DNA from: Gaiellaceae bacterium
GTDB taxonomy: Bacteria; Actinomycetota; Thermoleophilia; Gaiellales; Gaiellaceae
DNA length: 43,815 nucleotides
Assembly (NCBI GenBank): GCA_050697975.1
Contig: JBOHAW010000124.1
Location: 1 to 43,815 of the forward strand
Reading direction: 5' to 3'
Shown one piece after another: positions 9,010-16,718 of the stretch (within the stretch, counting starts at the first letter, position 1; each line of letters opens with the position of its first letter). The position numbers and the translations under genes were made by a program. Under the pieces are notes generated by a model. It worked only from the letters and a program-made list of their open reading frames with translations. It did not search any database and was not told the DNA's origin.

Positions 9010-9378
9010 TCAGCGAGGCGCTAGGACGATCTCGGGGCGCGCGTACGGGATTCCGTCCTCGGTTCGTTCGATCACCTCGCCGTACGGGAGCCGGATCCGC
9101 TCGTCGCGCCGGCAGATCCAGGTGTCGCCGTCGGAGGGCTCGCGGAAGACGTCCAGGCGCCACAGGCCGGTGGCGGGCCTGGTGGTGCGTCTCGAGGATG
9201 GCGCCGGCCCGTGCAAGCGGCCAGACACGTCCGCTGTCGGGGACGAAGAGCTCGAAGCCGACGAGGGCATCGGCGACCTCCGCGAACCGGTCCCGCGGCA
9301 CCGCGATCTCGAGATCCTCGTGCTCACGGCGCTGCCGCCGAGGAAGAGGTCGATCGCCCAGCCGGCCGCGACTGTGGA
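9010..9378 (-). pseudogene. Decayed GGWAID..H.DLD-type nucleotidyltransferase (aminoglycoside-2''-adenylyltransferase-like), truncated and frameshifted twice
   Basis: The homologous pieces lie in two frames. AAGWAIDLFLGG is in frame B (about 9334-9378). QRREHEDLEIAVPRDRFAEVADAL..LFVPDSGRVWPL..LETHHQ is in frame A (about 9179-9334). PATGLWRLDVFREPSDGDTWICRRDERIRLPYGEVIERTEDGIPYARPEIVL-stop is back in frame B (9010-9180). There is no plausible start codon, and the C-terminus is cut short. Confidence 0.55.
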
Positions 9379-9588
9379 GAAACGACGTTCGGGGCGGATC
9401 GACCACGATGTTTGCGATCGCGTACAGGCGGCGAGGAGAGGGAGCAGAGGCGGAACGGGCGTTCCGCTCAGAGGCTTCTCCACCCTATGGGGGGGTCGTG
9501 TTCGGGGTCGGTGCAAGCCGGCCCTGACGCGTTCTCGGGCGCATTCGGGGCGGGGGATAACTCTGTGGAGAGTGTGGATTGTGTCTAT

Positions 9589-10542
9589 TCAGGCAAGCAA
9601 GCCGGGATCGCGCTGGAACACGCCCAGCGAGCGGAATTTCGCCCGACGAAGGCGGCGCAGCTCCTCCGCCGGGATCCCGTCCAGGTCGTCGAGCGCCTCG
9701 CGCAGCGACTCGCCCAGCAGGCGGGCGGCCCCATCCGGGTCGACGTGCGCGCCGGCGGGGGGCTCCGGGACGATCCCGTCGATCACGCCGAGCTCGAGGC
9801 AGTGCGCCGCATCCGGCTTGAACGCCGCCGCCGCCTTGCGAGCCTCGGACGCGTCACGCCAGAGGATCGCGGCGCAACCCTCGGGCGAGATCACCGAGTA
9901 GATCGCGTTCTCCTGCATGAGCACGCGGTCCGCGACCGCGATTGCGATCGCGCCGCCCGAGCCGCCCTCGCCGATCACGCAGGCGACCGTCGGCACGTTC
10001 AACCGCACCATCACCGCCTGCGAGCGGGCGATCGCACCGCCTTGACCGTGCTGCTCCGCGGCGACGCCCGGATACGCGCCCGGCGTGTCGACGAGCGTGA
10101 CGAGCGGGAAGCCGTGGCGGTCGGCGAGCTCCATCGTCCGCATCGCCTTGCGATACCCCTCGGGGTAGGCCATGCCGAAGTTCCGTTTCGTCCGCTCCTT
10201 GATCTCGCGTCCCTTCTGCTGGCCGACGACCGCGATCGTGCGTCCCGCAAAGCGGCCGAAGCCGGCCACCACGGCCGAGTCGTCGGCGCGACCGCGGTCG
10301 CCGTGCAGCTCGAACCAGTCCTCGACGAGCCGCTCGACGTAATCGAGCGTGTACGGCCGTTGCTGGTGTCGTGCCAGCTCGACGGAGCGCCAGATCTCCT
10401 CGTCCGTCGGCTCGGCCGCAATGCGGTCGAGCTGGCGCTGGAGGCGGGCGAGCTCGGCGGAGAGACCCGTGCCGCCAAGGAGTCGCGTCGCCTTCAACTT
10501 CGAGAGGCGCTCGCGGAGCCGGAGCTCTGCCTCACTCGGCAT
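9589..10542 (-). CDS. accA: Acetyl-CoA carboxylase carboxyltransferase subunit alpha
   Basis: 317 aa. Contains ..RPYTLDYVERL..HGDR..DDSAVVAGFGRF..VVGQQKG..NFGMAYPEGYRKA..LVDTPGAYPG. 11-nt overlap with accD. Confidence 0.92.
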   Translation of the reverse strand: MPSEAELRLRERLSKLKATRLLGGTGLSAELARLQRQLDRIAAEPTDEEIWRSVELARHQQRPYTLDYVERLVEDWFELHGDRGRADDSAVVAGFGRFAGRTIAVVGQQKGREIKERTKRNFGMAYPEGYRKAMRTMELADRHGFPLVTLVDTPGAYPGVAAEQHGQGGAIARSQAVMVRLNVPTVACVIGEGGSGGAIAIAVADRVLMQENAIYSVISPEGCAAILWRDASEARKAAAAFKPDAAHCLELGVIDGIVPEPPAGAHVDPDGAARLLGESLREALDDLDGIPAEELRRLRRAKFRSLGVFQRDPGLLA

Positions 10543-11377
10543 CGCTGAACAGGCGGACGAGGCGGGTGAGGGTCGCCGGCAGCTCCGGCCGAGTCACGAT
10601 CGCGTCGATGTGGCCGAAACGCAGGTTCGACTCGGCCAGGCCGAAATCGTCCGGGAGCTTCTCGCGGGTCGTCTGCTGGACGACACGCGGGCCGGCGAAG
10701 GACATCAGCGCTCCGGGCTCGGCGAGGAGCACGTCGCCGAGGCTCGCGAAGCTCGCCAGCAGGCCGCCGGTCGTGGGGTGGGCCAGCACGCTGATCAGCG
10801 CGGAGCCGGCCTCGTGGAGATCCTCGACCGCGCAGACCGTCTTCGGCAGCTGCATGAGCGCGAGCACACCCTCCTGCATGCGCGCGCCGCCGGACGACGC
10901 GACGGAGACGAGCGGAACCCCGCGCTCGGCCGCGCTGTCGCAGGCGCGCGCGAACTTCTCGCCCACGACGCTCCCCATCGAGCCGCCCATGAACGCGAAG
11001 TCCATCACCGCCAGCTCGCACGGACGGCCGCCGATCGCAGCCCGGCCGATCACCATCGCGTCGCCGAGACCGGTCGAAACCTCGGCCTCTGCCAGCCGCT
11101 CTGTGTACGGACGGAGGTCGAAGAAGCCGAGCGGATCCTCCGAGCGGAGCTCACTCGCCTCCTCGGAGAAGCTCCGGTCGTCGGCGATGTGGTCGATCCG
11201 CGCGCGCGCCCGCATCGGGAAATGGTGGCCGCACTGCCGGCAGACCGAGAGCGCCTCCTCCAGCTCGTCGTCACGGTAGTGCGAGGCGCACGACGGACAG
11301 GTGTTCGGGTGCCGCTTGCCCTCGGTGGGCGGGGGAACGTTCTTGTGCTCGATTGAGACGTCGATGCGGCTCGCCAT
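10532..11377 (-). CDS. accD: Acetyl-CoA carboxylase carboxyltransferase subunit beta
   Basis: N-terminal zinc ribbon CPSC..CRQCGHH followed by the carboxyltransferase core (MGGSMGSVVGEK). 281 aa. Confidence 0.92.
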   Translation of the reverse strand: MASRIDVSIEHKNVPPPTEGKRHPNTCPSCASHYRDDELEEALSVCRQCGHHFPMRARARIDHIADDRSFSEEASELRSEDPLGFFDLRPYTERLAEAEVSTGLGDAMVIGRAAIGGRPCELAVMDFAFMGGSMGSVVGEKFARACDSAAERGVPLVSVASSGGARMQEGVLALMQLPKTVCAVEDLHEAGSALISVLAHPTTGGLLASFASLGDVLLAEPGALMSFAGPRVVQQTTREKLPDDFGLAESNLRFGHIDAIVTRPELPATLTRLVRLFSDAE

Positions 11378-11386
11378 AGGCGCTGG

Positions 11387-11392
11387 AGTTTA
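11387..11392 (-). promoter_or_regulatory. -10-like TAAACT 9 nt upstream of the accD ATG
   Basis: The minus strand reads gtcTAAACTccagcgcctATG. An 8-bp-stem hairpin (11405-11427, GCGCGGCC/GGCCGCGC) lies just upstream of it. Confidence 0.35.
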
Positions 11393-11451
11393 GACCGGCG
11401 CGGAGCGCGGCCGGTTGCAGGCCGCGCGGAGCGGCGCGCGCCCGGAGCGGG

Positions 11452-12228
11452 TTACAGCGCGAGGGCCGCGGCGAAGCGCTCGAGCTGGGGAACGTTCCGC
11501 TCGTCGGGCATGAGACCGGTGAAACCGGCGCCGACGATCGTCCTCCGCCCGGCGAGGTCCCGCAGCACCCCCTCGACGTCACTCGTGCTGGGACCGCCGG
11601 GCTCGGGCACGAACACGGCGATCTCGGAGGGCTCCAGGACGTCGAGGTCGAGCGCGACGTAGACGCAGTCGACGTCGGCCGTCGCGCGCTCGACGGCGCC
11701 CTCGCCGGTGTGGAGGCCGCTCTCGGAGATGAACTCCTGCTCGGGCGGGTCGAGGCTGCGGGCGCCGACGAGCGCCACGCGGCCCGCCTCGACGGCGCCG
11801 GAGTCGATCAGCATCCGCAGCGGCATGCCCCAGGCGTTGCCCGAGGGCGAGGTCTCGGGCGTGTTCAGGTCGCCGTGCGCGTCCAGCCAGACGACGGCCA
11901 GCTGCTCGTGCCGGGCGGCGAGGCCCTCGACGGCCCCGACGTGGGCGCAGCAGCAGCCGCCGAGCACGAGCGGGCGCCCGGGGAGGTCGAAGGCGAGCTC
12001 GAGGCTCTGCTCCGCCAGCGTCTCGGCTTCGACGACACCGGCCTCCGGGTACGGCAACGGTAGGTGCGCAGCCTGCGCCATCGCCTCGCCCCCGTCTCCC
12101 CACGCCCGGGGCACGCGGACGAGGCCCGAACCGAACTCGCGCCCGCAGGAGTGGCACTGGTAGTCGGGGCCGAGCGCGACCGCGGTGAAGGTGCGGCAGG
12201 CCGGGCATCTGGCGCGGAGGCGGCTCAC
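11452..12228 (-). CDS. Atypical arginase/ureohydrolase-fold protein with an N-terminal zinc ribbon
   Basis: WLDAHGDLNTP (DAHxD) and YVALDLDVLEP (DxDxxxP) arginase-family motifs. The first metal motif reads LGGCCCAHVG. The N-terminus has CPAC..(13)..CHSC. GTG 12228 overlaps the upstream GNAT stop (GTGA). Confidence 0.75.
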   Translation of the reverse strand: MSRLRARCPACRTFTAVALGPDYQCHSCGREFGSGLVRVPRAWGDGGEAMAQAAHLPLPYPEAGVVEAETLAEQSLELAFDLPGRPLVLGGCCCAHVGAVEGLAARHEQLAVVWLDAHGDLNTPETSPSGNAWGMPLRMLIDSGAVEAGRVALVGARSLDPPEQEFISESGLHTGEGAVERATADVDCVYVALDLDVLEPSEIAVFVPEPGGPSTSDVEGVLRDLAGRRTIVGAGFTGLMPDERNVPQLERFAAALAL

Positions 12229-12992
12229 AGCGGCCTCTCGTACGTGTCGTTCCGGCGGGCCGCATGCATGCCGGCCCGCTCGTAGAGCCTTACGGCTCCG
12301 GTCGTGTTCTCGGCGTCGACGCCGAGCTCGACGCGCGTGGCTCCTCGCCGCTTGAAGTCGCAGAACGAGTGCCGCAGCAGCGCAAGGCCGAGCCCACGCC
12401 GGCGCCACGGCCGGCGCACGCCGAGCGAGCCGACCCACCCGAAGGTGCGATCGCCCGAGAAGTGCCACGCGTTCAGCGAGAACCCGGCCAGCTCGCCGTC
12501 CTCCTCCGCCAGCCACCACAGGGTCGGATCGAAGGTCTCCGGGTCGAGCTGGAACTCGCGCCAGCGCTCGATCGGAATCGGTTGGTGATCCCAGTGATCG
12601 GCGAACGCCTCCTGGTTGCACTGTCTCCCCTCGACGTCGCGCTCGGGAGGGAAGCCGCGGACGAGGGCGCCGGACCGGGCACGCTCTCGCGCCCACTTCT
12701 CGGCCGCGTCGAGGAGCTCGTTCGCGACGCCGCCGTCCCGCGCGTCGGGATGCACGCGGAGATCGATCGGGAAGCGGGCGCCGTCAGCGTCGCGCCGCAC
12801 GTCGCAGTAGCCCGCGACCAGGCCGTCGCGCTCGGTGAGGAACATGCCGAGGTCGGAGAACGAGAACCAGTGTCTGACAGCTTGCTCGTCGGCGTCGCCC
12901 GTCTCGTAGAGCGTGCGGCTGAGCAGATTGCAGAGCTCGGCGATCGCGGCCGCGTCTGCCTTGGTCGGAACGCGCAGCGTCGTCTCAGACAC
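12225..12992 (-). CDS. Two-lobed GNAT family N-acetyltransferase (MshD-like architecture)
   Basis: C-terminal GNAT core GSLGVRRPWRRRGLGLALL..GVDAENTTGAVRLYERAGM. GTG start 12992 overlaps the upstream paralogue by 8 nt. Confidence 0.8.
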   Translation of the reverse strand: MSETTLRVPTKADAAAIAELCNLLSRTLYETGDADEQAVRHWFSFSDLGMFLTERDGLVAGYCDVRRDADGARFPIDLRVHPDARDGGVANELLDAAEKWARERARSGALVRGFPPERDVEGRQCNQEAFADHWDHQPIPIERWREFQLDPETFDPTLWWLAEEDGELAGFSLNAWHFSGDRTFGWVGSLGVRRPWRRRGLGLALLRHSFCDFKRRGATRVELGVDAENTTGAVRLYERAGMHAARRNDTYERPL

Positions 12993-13893
12993 CCGGACGC
13001 AGCTCCTTCTCCCAGACCACGGCTTCCCAGAGTGCCCGCATCCCGAGCCGCTCGTAGAGGCGCGCCGCGCCGGTCTCGTTCTGCGCGTCGACGCCGAGGG
13101 CGACGCGCCGCTCCCCGCGCCGGAAGAACTCGGCGAACGAGGCGAGCATCAGCGCCTCGCCGATCCTGCGCCTCCGCCAGGCGGGCCGCACGCCGATCGT
13201 GCCGATGTAGCCCCAGTCCCCCTCGCTCTTCCAGTAGTTGAGGGAGGCGCCGGCGAGCTCGCCACCGGCCTGGGCCACGAGGCAGAGGGCCGGGTCGAAG
13301 TCCTCGCGGTGAAAGGTCCGCCGCGCGTACTCCTCGAACGTCCGCGGTCGATACTCCCAGTTGTCGGCGAACGCCTCCTCGAGCACGAGGTGGACCTCCG
13401 GCGCCTCCTCCAGCCGCAGCGGCCGCAGCTCGACGCCCGGCGTCGCCGGGACCGACGGCTCGCCGTCGAGTGAGATCACCATCTTCCGAAAGCGCCGCAC
13501 GGACCGGTACCCGTGCGGCTCGTAGAGCTCCTCGGCGGCGGCGAGCGACGCGTTCTGGAGGTACGCGCGGCCCTCGGTTCCGGCCAGCCGCTCGCACGCT
13601 CGCTCCTCCGTCAGGCGCAGAAGCCGGGTGCCGACGCCACGGCCGCGCGCCGCCGGGTGCACGTAGCCGTCGGCCAGCATCCTCCCGCCGCCTCGATCCT
13701 CGAAGTCCGCGTAGCCCCCGAGGCGGCCGTCGATCTCGACGAGCCAGGCGTCGCGATCGAGATCGAGCCCTTCCCAGTGGTCGCGGAGATCCTTCTCCAT
13801 CCAGTCCGACGCGCCCGCGTCGGCCTCGTCCGCGGCGCGGAGGAGACTGAGCACGTCGCTGAGCTCGTCTTGCCTCGGCCGGCGGACGTTCAC
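12985..13893 (-). CDS. Two-lobed GNAT family N-acetyltransferase (paralogue of 12225-12992)
   Basis: Contains YVHPAARGRGVGTRLL and IGVRPAWRRRRIGEALM..GVDAQNETGAARLYERLGM. GTG 13893 (VNVRRPRQDEL) overlaps the HAD stop (GTGA). The Arg-rich extension in the ORF track is rejected. Confidence 0.8.
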   Translation of the reverse strand: MNVRRPRQDELSDVLSLLRAADEADAGASDWMEKDLRDHWEGLDLDRDAWLVEIDGRLGGYADFEDRGGGRMLADGYVHPAARGRGVGTRLLRLTEERACERLAGTEGRAYLQNASLAAAEELYEPHGYRSVRRFRKMVISLDGEPSVPATPGVELRPLRLEEAPEVHLVLEEAFADNWEYRPRTFEEYARRTFHREDFDPALCLVAQAGGELAGASLNYWKSEGDWGYIGTIGVRPAWRRRRIGEALMLASFAEFFRRGERRVALGVDAQNETGAARLYERLGMRALWEAVVWEKELRPGV

Positions 13894-14552
13894 GCCGGAA
13901 CGAGCGCGTCGAGCGTGTCCGGCAGGCGTTCCAGATCGGGCAGCTCGGCCGTCGGCTTCGGCGCCGCCCGCTCGTCGAGACGGTTGATCCAGACGCTCGT
14001 GAGCCCGAGCTCGCCCGCCGGCGCGACGTCGTGGAAGAGGCTCGCCGCGACGTGGGCGTGCCGGTCGCGCTCGGCGGTCGTCACCTCGAAGAAGCGTTCC
14101 CAGTGCCCGTGCTCCGGCTTGTACGAGCCCACGTCCTCGGCCACGACGGTGACGTCGAAGGGCACGCCGAGCTGCTGCTGCGACGCCGCGATCAGCCTCC
14201 GGTCCGAGTTGGAGAGAACGGCGAGCCGCCACCCGCGCCGCCGAAGCTCCTCGAGTGCCGCGGGCGCCTCCGGGAAGGGCGACCACTGCGGCAGCGAGGC
14301 CGCGAGCGCGCTCGACTCCCCCTCGGGGATCTGCAGGCCCTCCTCCTCGGCGAGGCGCATGAGCGTCAGCGTCAGCACCTCGGCGTAGGAGCGGTAGGCC
14401 TCGGCCTGCACCTTCGGCTCGAGCTCGTGGTAGCGCTCGAGCAGGCGCGGCGCCTCGGATGCGCCGAAGAGCCGCTCGAGCTCGCTCCCGATACCCGCGT
14501 TCCAGTCGATCAGGGTGCCGTAGCAGTCGAAGGTGGCCCAGCGCCCGCTCAC
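13890..14552 (-). CDS. HAD-superfamily hydrolase (type II haloacid dehalogenase-like)
   Basis: Motif I FDCYGTLIDW, a later LSNSD motif and a C-terminal HD motif. 220 aa, GTG start. Confidence 0.8.
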   Translation of the reverse strand: MSGRWATFDCYGTLIDWNAGIGSELERLFGASEAPRLLERYHELEPKVQAEAYRSYAEVLTLTLMRLAEEEGLQIPEGESSALAASLPQWSPFPEAPAALEELRRRGWRLAVLSNSDRRLIAASQQQLGVPFDVTVVAEDVGSYKPEHGHWERFFEVTTAERDRHAHVAASLFHDVAPAGELGLTSVWINRLDERAAPKPTAELPDLERLPDTLDALVPA

Positions 14553-14558
14553 CGTGCG

Positions 14559-14564
14559 AGCTTA
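14559..14564 (-). promoter_or_regulatory. -10-like TAAGCT 6 nt upstream of the HAD GTG, inside the 26-nt fabF-HAD spacer
   Basis: The minus strand reads ggTAAGCTcgcacgGTG. Confidence 0.3.
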
Positions 14565-14578
14565 CCGCCGGCGCGCGG

Positions 14579-15832
14579 CTACTCCTCGAAGCGGCGGACG
14601 ACGATCGAGGCGTTGTGACCGCCGAACCCGAACGAGTTGTTCACCGCCACCCGGACGTCGGCCTCCCGGGACTCGTTCGGGACGTAGTCGAGATCGCACA
14701 GCGGGTCCTCGACCTCGTAGTTGATCGTCGGGGGCAGCTGGCCGCGGTCGACCGCCAGGATGGAGAACATCGCCTCGATCGCGCCGGCGGCGCCGAGACA
14801 GTGGCCTGTCGCCCCCTTCGTCGAGGAGACCGGGATCTTGTACGCCTGCTCCTCGCCGACGGCGAGCTTGATCACCCGCGTCTCGCTCGCGTCACCGAGC
14901 GGCGTCGACGTGCCGTGGGCGTTGATGTAGTCGATCTCGTGCGGCTCGATGCCCGCGTCGCCGAAGGCCATCTGCATCGCGCGCGCCGGGTTGACGCCGA
15001 GGGGATCGGGCTCGGTGATGTGATTCGCGTCGGAGGAGACGCCGTAGCCGAGGAGCTCGGCGTAGATCTTCGCGCCGCGCGCCTTGGCATGCTCCAGCGA
15101 CTCGAGCACGACGACGCTCGCCGCCTCGCCCATCACGAAGCCGTCACGCCCCGAGTCGAACGGGCGGCTCGCCCCCTTCGGGTCGCTGTTGCGACGCGAC
15201 AGCGCCCTCATCGCCCCGAAGCCCGCGATCGCGACGAGGGTGATCCCCGCCTCGGTGCCGCCGCACAGCATCGCGTCCGCGCGCCCCAGCCGGATCGCGT
15301 CAGCGCCCTCGCCGATGGCCATGTTCGCCGCTGCGCACGCAGTGCACTGCGACGAGAGCGGGCCGCGCGTGCCGAGCTCCATCGAGACCCAGCCGGCGCC
15401 CATGTTCGGGATGATGGAGGGAATCGAGAACGGGCTGACGCGGTCGGCCCCACGCTCCTTGAGCACGTCGTAGCAGTCCTGGAACGACTTCAACCCGCCG
15501 ATTCCGGTCGCGATCGAGGCGCCGATGCGATCCGCCTCGCCGGCAATGTCGAGGCCGGAGTCGGACTCCGCCTGGCGCGCGGCCGCGACGATCATCTGCG
15601 CGAAGCGGTCCATCCGCCTCGCCTCCTTGCGATCGAGCCACGTCTCCGGATCGAAGTCCTTCAGCTCGCAGGCGAACCGGACGGGAAACTCACTCGCGTC
15701 GAACTGGGTGATCTCGCCCGCGCCGGACTCGCCTGCGATCAGGTTCGCCCACGACGTCTCGACGTCGTTGCCGAGCGGCGTGACCGCGCCGAGACCCGTG
15801 ATCACCACTCGACCTCTGCCGTTCTGACTCAT
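14579..15832 (-). CDS. fabF: 3-oxoacyl-ACP synthase II
   Basis: Active-site Cys in [11 protein letters not shown], plus HGTSTPLGD and GHCLGAAG. 417 aa. Confidence 0.95.
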   Translation of the reverse strand: MSQNGRGRVVITGLGAVTPLGNDVETSWANLIAGESGAGEITQFDASEFPVRFACELKDFDPETWLDRKEARRMDRFAQMIVAAARQAESDSGLDIAGEADRIGASIATGIGGLKSFQDCYDVLKERGADRVSPFSIPSIIPNMGAGWVSMELGTRGPLSSQCTACAAANMAIGEGADAIRLGRADAMLCGGTEAGITLVAIAGFGAMRALSRRNSDPKGASRPFDSGRDGFVMGEAASVVVLESLEHAKARGAKIYAELLGYGVSSDANHITEPDPLGVNPARAMQMAFGDAGIEPHEIDYINAHGTSTPLGDASETRVIKLAVGEEQAYKIPVSSTKGATGHCLGAAGAIEAMFSILAVDRGQLPPTINYEVEDPLCDLDYVPNESREADVRVAVNNSFGFGGHNASIVVRRFEE

Positions 15833-16576
15833 CTACATCCCCAGTCCGCCGTCAACGAGCAGTACCTCGCCCGTGATGAACGAGGCCTCGTCGGAGCAGA
15901 GGAAGCGTACAGCCCCCGCTACGTCCTCCGGCTCGCCGAGCCGGCCGAGCGCCGTGGACGCGAGCATGGTCCCCTTCAGCTCCTCGTCGAGGACGTCGGT
16001 CAGCCGTGTGCGCACGAAGCCGGGCGCGACGACGTTGGCGCGCACGCCGCGGCTACCGAGCTCCTGCGCAAGGGCCTTCGTGAAGCCGATGATGCCGGCC
16101 TTCGAGGCGGAGTAGTTCGTCTGGCCCGCGTTCCCGTGGATGCCGACGACGCTCGAGACGTTGACGATCGCGCCGGAGCGCCGCTTCATCATCCCGCGGG
16201 CGACGGCGCGGCAGGTGTGGAAGACCCCGCCCAGGTTCGTGTCGAGCACGACCTGCCAGTCCTCGTCCGGCATGCGCGCGATCAGGCCGTCCCGCGTCAG
16301 GCCTGCGTTGTTGACGAGGATGTCGAGGTCGCCCGCCTCCGCGACGAGACGTTTCGCCTCCTCGCCGCTCGAGACGTCGGCCTGGACGGCGCGGCCGCCG
16401 GCCTCCTCCGCGACCGCCTCTGCTTCCTCACGGCCCGAGCGGTAGGCCACCGTGACCGAGGCGCCCGCGCGGGCGAGCTCGAGAGCGACGGCCCGGCCGA
16501 TTCCGCGCGACCCGCCCGTGACGAGGGCGGTCTTCCCCTCGAGCGAGCAGAACGAGCGAGTGGCTCGGCCGGTCAC
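15833..16576 (-). CDS. fabG: 3-oxoacyl-ACP reductase
   Basis: TGGSRGIGRA, NNAG and YSASKAG short-chain dehydrogenase/reductase (SDR) motifs. The stop codon directly abuts the fabF start. Confidence 0.92.
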   Translation of the reverse strand: MTGRATRSFCSLEGKTALVTGGSRGIGRAVALELARAGASVTVAYRSGREEAEAVAEEAGGRAVQADVSSGEEAKRLVAEAGDLDILVNNAGLTRDGLIARMPDEDWQVVLDTNLGGVFHTCRAVARGMMKRRSGAIVNVSSVVGIHGNAGQTNYSASKAGIIGFTKALAQELGSRGVRANVVAPGFVRTRLTDVLDEELKGTMLASTALGRLGEPEDVAGAVRFLCSDEASFITGEVLLVDGGLGM

Positions 16577-16585
16577 GTCGGTGGA

Positions 16586-16591
16586 ATTCTG
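16586..16591 (-). promoter_or_regulatory. -10-like CAGAAT 9 nt upstream of the fabG GTG
   Basis: The minus strand reads accCAGAATtccaccgacGTG. Confidence 0.3.
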
Positions 16592-16631
16592 GTGGTCGAT
16601 GACCGAGCCAGGCTAGGACGCAGGGAGCCCT

Positions 16632-16646
16632 CGTGCTGGCAGCACG
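16632..16646. promoter_or_regulatory. Perfect 15-bp palindrome CGTGCTG-G-CAGCACG upstream of fabG-fabF (candidate regulator site)
   Basis: Read directly from the 142-bp fabD-fabG spacer. It lies about 40 bp upstream of the putative -10 box. Confidence 0.3.
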
Positions 16647-16718
16647 GGGGCGACTGAGGACGACGCGTGGCGAAGGTCAGCGGCCGGCAGAAACCGCCAG
16701 ATGTGGCCGGTCGAGCCA

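Noticed and set aside
8972-9406. N-terminal extension of ligD (924-aa version)
   Set aside because: The extra 145 codons are partly the middle fragment of the nucleotidyltransferase relic and partly Arg-rich filler. The LigD phosphoesterase domain begins right after ATG 8971.
9450-9467. Hairpin GCGGAACG-GG-CGTTCCGC as a possible accA terminator
   Set aside because: It is a perfect dyad but has essentially no loop and no following U-tract on the accA strand. It is more likely a protein-binding dyad or chance than an intrinsic terminator, so it is not reported as a feature.
14459-16657. 732-aa + strand ORF spanning the fabF/fabG region
   Set aside because: It is antisense to two genes with unambiguous active-site motifs. 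Its translation is Arg/Ala/Gly/Asp-rich with no recognisable domain, which is a typical open antisense frame in GC-rich DNA.
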